This document shows, one piece after another, positions 12,339 to 22,753 of a DNA stretch of 64,000 nucleotides. The DNA comes from Cyanophora paradoxa CCMP329 (taxonomy: Eukaryota > Plantae > Glaucophyta). The position numbers and the translations under genes are program-made. Below the pieces are notes generated by a model. That model searched no databases. It saw nothing but the letters and a program-made list of their open reading frames with translations, and was not told the DNA's origin. Every line of letters begins with the position of its first letter. Within the stretch, counting starts at the first letter, position 1. The stretch is from contig QPMI01000102.1 of the NCBI GenBank assembly GCA_004431415.1, positions 62,001 to 126,000 of the forward strand. Direction: 5' to 3'.

Positions 12339-13812
12339 CTAGGACCAGATCTTGATGTTGTCGCCGGCGTGGGAGATGAGGCGGCCCCTGTGGACCACCA
12401 TGCAGCGCACGGGCGCCTTGTGGCCCTTCTGCGTTCCGACGAGCTGCGACTTGAGGAGGTCGTACGCCCGCACGAACTTGTCCTCGCTCGCCGTGAGGAT
12501 CTGCGGCGCGCTCGTCAGGGGCGGGGCGGCGGGCGGCGCGCTCGGATCGAATCTTCGCTCGCCTGCATGATGTTGCTCGCGAGGCAGGTGATCTTGCCCT
12601 TGTGCCCCGTGAGTGGCGGGCACACTTTCGGGAAGCTGATATCGTACACCTGGACCTCCTGCGCGGCCGCGGGCGGGCGGCGTAAGCCCGCCGGCGGCTG
12701 CGGTTGCGCCGCGGGGGACGGGGGCGCGGGGCGGCGTGCTTGCCTGGGCGCTGTCCGACACGACGGAGAGGAAGTTGCCGTCGAGGCGGATCAGGGAGAT
12801 GGCGCTCGCGCCGACGTCCCCGATCCACTCCAGCGTGCGGGCCTCCCAGACCTTGACCTCGGCCCGCGCCTTGCCGACCGTCGCCAGCCGCTCGCCCCAC
12901 GCGCTCAGCGCGTGCACGCTCTGCGCGTCCACCTGCGCGAGGCGAGCTGAGCACTAGCACGCCCGAACGAACGAAAGGCGAGGCGGGCCTGGGCCGAGCC
13001 GATCTGAGTTAGATCCTGCGAGTCGAACATGCGGACGTTGCCCGCGGCGTCCCCGACGTACACTGCGCGAACTCAGGCGGGCCGGGCCGGGCCGAGTAGG
13101 GGCGGGCCGAGGGCGCACCGATGCCGTCGCCCACGCACATGCACGTGGCGTAGATGCCGCCGTGCAGGCGGGGGCCCGAGACCTGCGCCGCGACCGTCGA
13201 GGCCTCCGGGTCCCAGCACATGAGCTTGTCCTGCTCGCCCGCTCGCCGGTTGGAACCGGCGGCAACGGGCGCGGGGCGCGGGCACCTTGCAGCAGGAGTA
13301 GAGGCGGTTGCAGTACGATGCGAGGGCGAAGACGGGGGAGGGGTGGGAGAGGCCGTCCGCGGGAACGCGGTCCCCGGAGACCTGGTCGTAGACGTGGATC
13401 TGCGGGGACGAACGGAGACGTCCGGTCAGCCTTCCCGCCTTCCTGCCGGTCTCACTACCCTGAAAAAGCGCACCTCGCCGGTGGGCGACTCGACAGAGAG
13501 GAAGATGCGGTCGTTGATGGCGGCCACCTGCGTGTAGGCGGCCAGCACCTTGATCTTCTTGATCATCTTCATGCTCGTCACGTTCACGGGCGTCATCGTC
13601 GTCCCCTGGCCCGACCGCGAGCGGTTTGCGCCGCCGGGGCTCAGCAGGTTGGACGGCGTCCGCGAGACGGTCGGGAGGGCCCCGCCCCGGCTCGGGTTCG
13701 AGGAGGCCCCCGCAAAGGAGAAGGTCGGCCTGGCCCCGCCGCCCGGGCCCGGCCCCGCCGCGCCGCCGGGCGTCGCCCAGGCGCCGCCGCTCTGCTGCTG
13801 CTGCTGTTGCAG

Positions 13813-13852
<40 letters not shown>

Positions 13853-15576
13853 GTCGGGGTGGTTGCCGGGCGGGGGCTCGGACCCGGCGCGTTGTGCGCG
13901 GCCGTCATCCGCCTCAGCGACTCGATGTCGATGGACGTGTCCGGTATGCCCGCGTCGCTCTGGATGAGGAGGAGCTCCAGCAGGATGTCGTGGAAGTTTG
14001 GTCGGTCCTTAGGCCTCGTCTGCACGCACTGCAGCGCGAGATCGCCTAGCCGCTTGACGGTCTCCCGCGGCCACTCCCCCGCGCGCTTGTCCCTCAGCTC
14101 GTAGATCTCGCGGCCCTGTGCCACCCACTCTGCGGAGGGGTCGGGCGGCAGCTCCGGGGCGAACGCGTGCTGGCGGGGAGGGCAGCGGACCCTCCGCGCG
14201 CTGGGCCAAATCCACGGGCCGCTCCTGGGGGTTGATCGCCGGCAGGGACGTCACCAGCTCCAGCAGGACCACGCCGAAGCTGAACACGTCGACCCTGTCC
14301 GTCAGGTGCCCCGTCCGAGCGAACTCTGGCGGGCGAACGGCGACGTGAGCGAGCGGCGCGGGGCCGGCGCGGCGCTCCCGCCTCTACGTATACGCACCCG
14401 GACAGATGTAGCCGTACGTGCCGAAAGGCTGCATGGTGACGTGCGTCGGGCGCGACGCCCCGTCCTGCGCTCGGGCCGCCCGATCGGCTCGGGCGGCATG
14501 CGAGGGGAACGACCGCCTGGCCGCACCGTTTGAAACTCCGGCATAAAGCGCGACAGGCCGAAGTCCGACACTTTGGGTACGTTGTTCGTGTCAAGAAGCA
14601 GGTTCGCGGACTTGAAATCTGATGCCGCGGATCGGCGATCGAGAAGGGTTTCGCACGGGAAAGCGCGCGCTGACGGACCGCAGTGGAAGATGGGCGGGTT
14701 GAGGCCGTGCATGTACAGGAGACCTACGCGGCGCGCGTGATGGGGGCGCTCCGCCGGAATGTGAGTGCGACGCACCTTTGCAAGCGCCCGTAGCTATCTT
14801 CAGCCGCGTCTGCCAGTCGAGAGCCGGGACGCCGTCCTTACAACCTGCACGGGCGAAGTTAGAGATGATGCGGAGATCCGGCGACTTTCGGCGCTCGCGA
14901 ACCGAGCCGGTCGTCGACGGAGCCATTCTCTGCGGGTCCCGCGTAAGCGAAAGGTCCAAGGGGCCAGCGCCGGGCGGGCAAGTGCTCCGCGCACCCTGGA
15001 AGTCGTACACGAGAACGCATCTGTCTCCCTCGTATGCGCATCCCAGGAGAGACAGAACGTGCCTGTGCCGCAGCTTTGCCAAGATCTCCACCTCTGCGGA
15101 CAGGGCGCTCAGCGGCGCATCGCTTCGACGCCGAGGGCGCGGCTCAAGTCGTAAAAAGGGCTTATAAACGCTCACCGCGCACGAACTCCGGCGATCCCTT
15201 GACGCCGCTACGAAGAAGTCAGGGTCGCAGGTGCAGCTGCCTGCCTACCGGCTCACCGAGGGGTCAGCTCCTTGACAGCTATTGCAGTCGCACGGAAGAA
15301 GCCTTTGTACACAGTGCCTGCGCGCCGACGGAGATCAACGAGCGCCAGTGGAGCCGCAAGTGGTGCACATACCGGAGCCCCCTTGGCCGAGCTTGTTCTT
15401 TGGGGAGAAGTTATCGGTTGCCCGCTTGATCTCACTGAAATCGAACACCTGCGCGCCGTGAGTTCCAGCTCGCCAGGTGGGGGCGGGCCACGCACATAGG
15501 TGGCGTCCGGATTTACTCGCTGCTGCGGGCCGCTGTCCTCGCTTGCGTTCCCACTCTTGCCTTGCTCGTTGCCCAT
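12339..15576 (-). CDS. Pelle/IRAK/RLK-type Ser/Thr kinase (non-RD) with polyQ linker and C-terminal WD40 repeats
   Basis: AVKEL, LRHRHVLSLLG, LDWQTRLKIA, spliced HCDFKSANLLLD, SDFGLSR, GTYGY and DVFSFGVVLLELVT. WD-like EVKVWE, ILTASEDKFVRAYD and GDNIKIWS. The N-terminal MGNEQGK suggests myristoylation. Confidence 0.88.
13792..13851 (-). repeat. (CAG)n/CAA repeat encoding polyglutamine
   Basis: ctg/ttg triplet run on the + strand within a kinase exon. Confidence 0.95.
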
Positions 15577-15749
15577 CGAGCCGAGACGCGGGTCCGCTAA
15601 GCGCTCACCGCCGCCTGCTCATCCCGCTCTTCGCACTATACCCCTCGGTCGAGAAGGCTCGGAGAAGCACTGAAGAAGGCTTGAAGACGCCTTGAACCAG
15701 GCTGAACCAGCCTTGAACCAGTCTCAAACCAGCTGAACTCGATTGGCGG

Positions 15750-16015
15750 CGCTCTGACCGGCAGCGGTTGCAGAATGCAGAGCACTGGCAAGAGATTCGG
15801 CTTCTCTTGAACGAGGCGTTCGGCTTCATGTCCCCACAGGGCCTTGCCGCATGGGCGTTCGCCGGTGCTGTGCGCGTACACCCCCGGCGGTCCCCGGCGC
15901 TTACGCCGGTCCCACGTGCACGTGCACTGGGGCCGAGCGCCGCCCAAGCGCAACCGCCCAAGTTAAGCGCTTGCGTAGAACAAATGCTGAAACCTGCGTT
16001 CTGCAGATATTACTT
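15750..16015 (+). pseudogene. Truncated, frameshifted copy of the small membrane-protein gene at 18296
   Basis: High identity to 18271-18528 including the intron. A 2-nt insertion gives ATG…TTC TCT TGA, and homology ends just after the acceptor. Confidence 0.8.
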
Positions 16016-17399
16016 ACTGGAGGCCCGGCGCAGAAGTCGTTCCCGCTGGCGCCGTGGTGACGGCGGACGGCGCTCCTCTCCGGTGGGCGCCCGCTGGGGC
16101 TCCTGGCAAGGGCATGGTGGCGCTGCAGCTGCAGGCCCTCGCTCAGCGGCTGTTGCAGCCTTCGACGGGGGGACTAACGGCATCGGCTGCTAGCCCAGCG
16201 CTAGGGCGCCTTAGGTGCGCCAGCGGCGGCCCGCGGAGCGGGGCCGGCTGTGGGCTGAGGTTGCTGGCAGACGCTACATGGGAGCTGCACTTCGAGGCAG
16301 GGCCGCCGCTGCTCCGTTCCTCGTCTCCGTCCCCTTAACCGTCAGCTTCGACTGTGCCCCCCCCCCCCCCCTCCTCCTCATCCTCCCCCCCCCTCCCGAA
16401 AAGCCGGGCCTCGCGCCGGCCGCCAGCGTCACCGCGCGCCTGCCACCGGTCATCTCATACGTGGAGCGTGCGATGGATGCGGTGCGGAGCGCCTTCTTCG
16501 ACCTCGAGCTCCGCCTCGCAGGCTGGCTCGAGCACGAAGCGATGTGCCAAATTAAACGGGGAAGGCACGGGGGCCCCGCCACCGCCGCCCTCGTCGTGCC
16601 CCGCGGCTCATTGTCCCGCAGGAAGCGTATCGGAGGTGGACCTGGAGCCTAACCGCCGTGCTTCCCGATGGACGGCCGGGGTCCCATCAGAGGAGCTGGT
16701 GTCCCAGCCATGGTGCTCTGGCGGCTCTCGACCATCGGAAGGAAGCATTCCACTTCTTCTTGGCCCAGTGGCCCGGGCCTGCAATTGGGGCTGCGCGGGC
16801 CCAATGTTTAAAGTTTGAGTACCTGCCTAGCATGGCAGCCTCCAGGCTCCTTAATAGGCCTATAGGATTGCCCAAGAAGCGCACGTGCGCATGCCCTCGC
16901 CTCACTCTCGAGCTCAATACACACACCCTTTGGCCGTTCCTTGGCTTGACAAGTGGTGCAGAAGATGAGATAAACTGGTGTACAGAGTCGGGTGCGCATA
17001 GAGGCTGTAGCAGAAAGGGCTATTGTACAAGCCGAAGTTACAAGCTAAAGCAGCCGGGAATGATGATCAAGAGTTTCTGGAGCAGTATAAGAACTGTTTG
17101 GGTCTGCGGCCACACGAGCCAGACGGCGAGGGAGGCTGGAAGTGGGCGTCTCGACAGAGGCTGATGAGCGGAGGCGCTCCGAAGGGGAGGACTGGATGGC
17201 CCTAACCTTCAACTTTGGGAGGGGGGCGATGGACTTCAACTTGGGGAGGGGGGCGATGGATGTAGCGAAGGATTGGATGGACGAGGTAATGATAGCGATT
17301 AATTTTGCTGAAGTCCAAGGCACACAGCACCAAACTAGCGACAAAGGCAGCCGCTGCTACGAGTCGCCATAAGGATCGTACTACATAATCATACAGTCT

Positions 17400-18093
17400 T
17401 GAGATGCGGCTTCTTGCCGGAGGCCTTGCCTGCGATGATGAAGTGGTAGAGCCGCGCCATTAGATCGTCGAGGAAACCAACAGGCCCGACCTGGCAGGCT
17501 TCGTGAAATACGGTGTGCGCACACGGGCGGGGGGCAGACTTGGTTGGTATCTGGAATTACTTCGAGTCCACTCGCCTGCGAGCAGTGACGCGCGGGACGA
17601 AACGCACAGGGACGTATGCGCACAAGTTCTTCCCCTATGGGCTGCGGTGCACTTTCGTCAAACTCTGAGACAAGTCACACTGTAAGGCGGAAGCGCTCCT
17701 TCTTCACCTCGTCTGCAACAGTCGCCTTCAACTCCTCTGCAATAGCGGCCTTCACCTCCTCTGCAACGGCGGCCTTCAATTGCAAGGTTGTCTCCTTCGG
17801 TCGCGAGCAGCACTTCGAGCAGCACTTCAGACGGGAGCGACGGCTTCCAATGCAGCAACGGAGCGCACAGCTTTCTCTACAGCCTGCCGTGTATTCTCGT
17901 CAGACTGCAGCTGGCAGGATACGCGAGACACAATCGCACCTTCTTCACCTCATCCGCAATCGTTGTCTTCATAGTCGTCAAAATAATCTTGGTAAACTCC
18001 TGCGCAACCACGAACCCAAAAGCAGTCAAGACTGCAGGCGGTGTCGCGGTAGGCACACTGCACCTCCAAGTCTTGTTTGGTAGCCGCCGCCAT
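17400..18093 (-). CDS. Putative lineage-specific coiled-coil protein (3' end unresolved)
   Basis: Spliceable exons MAAATKQDLE / EFTKIILTTMKTTIADEVKK / LQSDENTRQAVEKA / LKAAVAEEVKAAIAEELKATVADEVKK with GTGC donors. Contains 21-nt heptad repeats. Confidence 0.45.
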
Positions 18094-18295
18094 TTCTGAT
18101 CATGTCTCTCCGCCGCGATGGCGCTGCGATCCAGCTCTTCCTCAATTTGCAGCGTACCCCTAGGGGGTGACTAGTACACTAGTACTGATACACTGACTAG
18201 GTTCAAGTAGGTTGGCAGGTCCTGTCACCTGTGACCCGGACCGTGACCCGGTGACTCAGCAGGCCGGCATCGCTCTGACCGACAGCGGTTGCAGA

Positions 18296-18622
18296 ATGCA
18301 GGGCGCTAGCAAGAGATTCGGCTTCTTAAACGAGGCTTTCGGCTTCATGTCCCCGCAGGGCCTTGCCGCGTGGGCGTTCGCCGGTGCTGTGTGCGCACAA
18401 CCCCGGCGGTCCCCGGCGCTTACGCCGCTCCCACGTGCACTGGGGCCGAGCGCCGCCCAAGCGCAACCGCCCAAGCTAAGCGCTTGCGTAGAACAAATGC
18501 TGAAACCTGCGTTCTGCAGATATTACTTCGCGTGGCATCGCCCGGAACAGCAAGCCCGCGAGGCCGCTCTCGCGAAGCCTGTGAAGGCCGAGTTCGTCCC
18601 CAACCAGCGCAGCGACCGATAG
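18296..18622 (+). CDS. Small (~65 aa) single-pass membrane protein, 2 exons
   Basis: Splicing GT|GTGCGC…CTGCAG|A gives MQGASKRFGFLNEAFGFMSPQGLAAWAFAGAVYYFAWHRPEQQAREAALAKPVKAEFVPNQRSDR*. Confidence 0.65.
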   Translation: MQGASKRFGFLNEAFGFMSPQGLAAWAFAGAVCAQPRRSPALTPLPRALGPSAAQAQPPKLSACVEQMLKPAFCRYYFAWHRPEQQAREAALAKPVKAEFVPNQRSDR

Positions 18623-19238
18623 AGAGCTCTGCGCGCGCTCTCCTCTTGTAAATACATTGGTTTATTGAACGCCTTCTTCCTCTCTGCAACGCCGGCCCCT
18701 TATGCTTGCATCTGTATCTACATAGAAATGCGCGCGCGTACGCAGCGTTCCGACCCCTCGACCCGGCGCTGATGTCTTTTATATAATTAGTTAGACCGTG
18801 GCGCCGGGACGCCGACACCGGACGCGGCGCAGCGGAAGCCTGCACACGTTGTGGTCCGATCCGGCAGCTGCAGGCAGCTCTGCCGGCAGCGGCAGCGGCG
18901 GACCTAGTCGATATCGGACGCCGCATGCATCCGAGCCGCGGGCGCTTCCTCTAGATCTGAGCCGCCACCGGATATCCGGATATCCGATCTGATGTCGCAT
19001 TGGTAATGCAGGGGGGTTCGACACGCACCCCGCACGGCATTGCAGCGCCTACAGAAAGAGTAGAGGCATAAGCTCTAGAGGGCTGGCTTATCGTTCAACT
19101 AAACGTCGACCGGCCCTTGAGCCCTCCCGCCGCGGCGATGCTAGCCGTAGCTTGGCTGAACGCGGAATAGACTTGAACAGTACGCCCTGCCTCCGCACGC
19201 GCCCGCGCAGCAGACAGGACTGGAAACGCTTCTCTAGG

Positions 19239-19802
19239 CTATCGCTTCTTCTTCGCCGCCTTGCCGCCCGCAGCTGCCGCTCCGGCGCTTCCCGCATCCT
19301 TCTTCGCGTTTGCCCTCGAAGCCAGCTTGGCGATGAGGGCGCCAAGCTTGAGCAAAAGGTCCTTCTCTGCGACGGCAAACACCGCAAGCGCGGCCGGAAG
19401 CTTAGCGCAGTGCGCGGCGGCCAGAATGGGTCGGCGGCTCGCACTGCTCTTGATGTCCGGGTTGATGAGCTGGTTGTTCTCATCCTTGATGCGCACCTTC
19501 ACACGCCCGCGCTGCATGTAATCCCGGGAGTAGCACTTGTCCGCCTGCCGCCGCGGAGGGCGAAGCTAAGCCGCTGCGACGGGCGCGCGCGAGGCGTCGG
19601 GGCTAACTTGTATCTCGACATCGAGCTTCAGGTATTTGCACACGTCCGCGACCTCCTGCACAGTCGGGTTCTCAACGCCCTTCTCGGCTGCGATTCTCCT
19701 CCCCTCGGCGACGGTCTTCTTCGAGTTGACGTAGATCGGGTAGATGGTGAGGTACTTTCGCGTGGGGTCCACGGGCGCGGGGACCGCGCTCCCGCTCGCC
19801 AT
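19239..19802 (-). CDS. SRP19: Signal recognition particle 19 kDa protein
   Basis: IYPIYVNSKKTVAEGRRI, ENPT, KCYSRD, RGRVKVRI and a basic KKKR tail. Confidence 0.95.
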
Positions 19803-19916
19803 CGGTCCGGGGAGCGGGTGGGGGACGGGTACCGCGACCCCGTGTGTTAGTTCTGCACGAGCAGCAACTCGCTTGGATCGCGCACCTCGGTTCGCCGGCA
19901 GCCCAGGGCCGCTAAG
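19803..19916. promoter_or_regulatory. Compact bidirectional promoter between SRP19 and Stm1
   Basis: Divergent ATGs at 19802 and 19917. Confidence 0.6.
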
Positions 19917-21798
19917 ATGGCGTACCGCGTTCAGGTGCGGACCTGTGCAGCTGCCCGCCGGGAGCTCTCGCCCTCGGGATCGGCCAGGCGGACCCGGCGA
20001 TCAATCCGCCCATTTGGTGCCACGGGCCTCTCACGCGGCCTCCCTGCCGCAGGTCGCGAACATCTACGATCTTCTCGATGACGATGGGAATGACACGGGC
20101 GAGAAGGCGGCCAAGCACCTCGCGGCCGAGAAGAAGGCCAAGGAGGACGCCCTGAAGAAGGAGGAGCCCAAGCCGGCTGCGGGCGCTCAGAAGCCCAAGG
20201 CTCCGGCCCAGGAGGGCGCCAAGGGCGCTCCCGCGAAGCGTGCGCCTCGCGCGGGCCGGCCCGAGAAGATTTTACTAAGATATGGTCCCCGGACGTCCGT
20301 GCAGGCTCTGACCGTCCCCTGACCGCTGAGGGCGGCCGCGGTGAGTCTTTTACGCTCATCGGAAGGCGCTCCCGTGGTTTCGCACCGCAAAGACCGTCGA
20401 ATCATAGAGGCGAATGGGGACGATCGCGGGCCCGTCCATTTGGCGCCCCGCCGGGCCCTAGGCCCTTCGCCGAGCGATTCTATTCTCTTAATACTTAAGT
20501 CAACTCTTCCGATCGCGTCGGTGACGAGAATCGCGCGTCCGATGGCTGACTCTCTCATCCATTCAGGTGGCCGTGGTGGCCGTCGCGAGGGCGGCGAGCG
20601 TCGCCCGGACGGCGAGCGTCCTCCTCGTCCTCCGCGCCAGTTCCAGAACGGCGCTGCTCCGGCCTCGCCGGCTGGCGAGGGTGGCGAGGTTGCGGGCGAC
20701 CGCCCTCCGCGCGCCCCGCGTGGCGACCGTCCCCCGCGCATGCGCGGCGGCTTCCGTGGCGGCTTCGAGGGCCGCGGTGGCGCCCGTGGCGGCGGCCGTG
20801 GCGGCCGCGAGTTCGAGCGCCGCTCTGGCACTGGCCGCGGGTGCGTCGGGCGCGTCGCGATCATGACCCGCTCCGCTGACAGCCACTTGTCCGCAGCACC
20901 GAGATGAAGCGCGAGGGTGCCGGCAGGTACAACTGGGGCGCTGCGGGCGAGGGGTTCGTCAGACTCGTGATGTCGATGCCGATCATGCCACTTACCTCGG
21001 CCGCAGCGAGGAGGCCCCGGCCGCCGAGGAGAAGAAGGAGGAGACTCCCGCCGTCGAGGGCGAGGCTCCGGCCGCTGAGGGCGAGGAGAAGAAGGACGTC
21101 GCGGCGGACAAGGTCCGTCGGCGAGAGCTGCCTCCGTGTCCCGCCGCCGTCCGACGCGCCCCGCAGGAGGAGGTCAAGGATGACGAGCCTAAGGTCAAGT
21201 CTCTTGAGGAGTACATGAAGGAGCGCCAGGCTCTGCTCGTCAAGGTCCGCGAGCGAACCGGCCGTCACATGCCGGCCACGCGCTCACGCGGCCTCCGCGC
21301 GCAGACCGACGCCGTCAAGCTCCGCAAGGCCAACGAGGGCGTCAACGTCGACAAGCAGTGGAAGGGCGCGGTCGAGCTTAAGCGCGAGGAGGAGGACTAC
21401 CTCAAGGTCCGCCGCGATTCGATCGCGTCGCTCGCGCTGCGGAGAGCGTCCCGCGCTCTTCGCATGTGTTTGTCTGAACTGATCTCGAACGGCGCGCGCA
21501 GCTCGGCAAGGAGAAGGCCGCCGCTGAGAAGAAGGCGAAGGAGGCCGCTGAGAAGCAGGCCAAGGAGCGCCGCGTCAACGTCAACGAGGTCCTCGTCACC
21601 CGCTTCGCCGAGCCCGAGCGCGACTCCGGCTTCGGTGGCCGTGGCGGCCGCGGTGGCCGCGGCGGGCGTGGCGGCCGCGGCGGCCGCGGTGGCGCCGTCG
21701 CCACCGACCGCCCGGCCCCCGCCCGCGGACCCGCCGCTGGCGGCCGCTCGGAGCGTCCCCCGAACTTCTCGGAGGACCAGTTCCCCGCGCTGAAGTAA
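19917..21798 (+). CDS. Stm1/SERBP1 (HABP4_PAI-RBP1) RGG RNA/ribosome-binding protein
   Basis: NIYDLLDDD, RGG repeats, REFERRSGTGR, KREGAGRYNWG, KSLEEY and a C-terminal QFPALK*. Confidence 0.9.
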
Positions 21799-22276
21799 AC
21801 CACTTCTCGCGGCTGCGGCCTCGGCCCGCCCGCCTCGCCGGGCATAATACGGACTCCTGTAGGAGCGCACAGACCTTTCCTTTCCGGTTTGGTCAGCCTT
21901 TTTCCCCTTGCTATTTAGATAGATTGCGAGCGAGAGCTTTCCTCACCGTGAACTCTCTCCCTTCAACAGAGGCCTTCCGCAGTGTCACCGCATATTTGTA
22001 GGCTAGTGCTTGCTTCATTTTTCAAGTCAAGTCGTTCCATGTGGGTGTGGGCTTATCGAGAATTTGCTCTTCGTAAGCGACGTGATGGCTGAGGATCGTC
22101 GGATTGGGGCGAGACCCCGGGTGGCACTGCAACGGCGTCGGGCATGGGGGCTCCCGGCCCTGCTGAGCGGGTCCCAGCCGCAGGCCCGGAGGGCGAGGAG
22201 GGAGTACCATGAGGACCGGCGGAGTGGTTCTCAGGCCACGGATCAGAGGGCCTGCCGGATGTCGACCCGGAGAGAG

Positions 22277-22652
22277 AGGGAGGCCGCGTGCCACGGTGAG
22301 AGGCCCGTGCCACGGTGGCACCAAATATTAATGGGCGGACCCGGGATTGCAATTGATCGCCGGGTCCGCCTAGGCCTGGCCGATCCCGAGGGCGAGAGCT
22401 CCCGGCGGGCAGCTGCACAGGCCTAGGTCCGCACCTGAACGCGGTCACCGGGTACCGGTACGCCATCTTAGCGGCCCTGGGCTGCCGGCGAACCGAGGTG
22501 CGCGATCCAAGCGAGTTGCTGCTCGTGCAGAACTAACACACGGGGTCGCGGTACCCGTCCCCCACCCGCTCCCCCGGACCGATGGCGAGCGGGAGCGCGG
22601 TCCCCGCGCCCGTGGACCCCAGGCGGAAGTACCTCACCCTCTACCCGTCTAC
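22277..22652 (-). repeat. Inverted duplicate of 19731-20045 (SRP19 5' end, shared promoter, Stm1 exon 1/intron 1) carrying palindromic micro-insertions
   Basis: Reverse complement aligns base-for-base to the parent apart from eight 6-8 nt insertions and a few differences on the promoter/SRP19 side. Confidence 0.95.
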
Positions 22653-22753
22653 AGACGGTCCTCCCCCCTCCCCCTCGACCCCCTAGGCCCCCCCTCAGCA
22701 TCGGTGTACCCCGGCCTGGAAGCCTCGAGTGTCCGGTTTCAAAGAAGAGGGCT

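Noticed and set aside
17660-17700. Possible GA-AG intron (AAG|GAGCGC) in the putative coiled-coil gene
   Set aside because: The gene model is too uncertain; it may be a mutated GT donor in a decaying gene.
16016-18270. Possible autonomous transposon responsible for the scars
   Set aside because: No transposase motifs, terminal inverted repeats or target-site duplication could be identified by eye.
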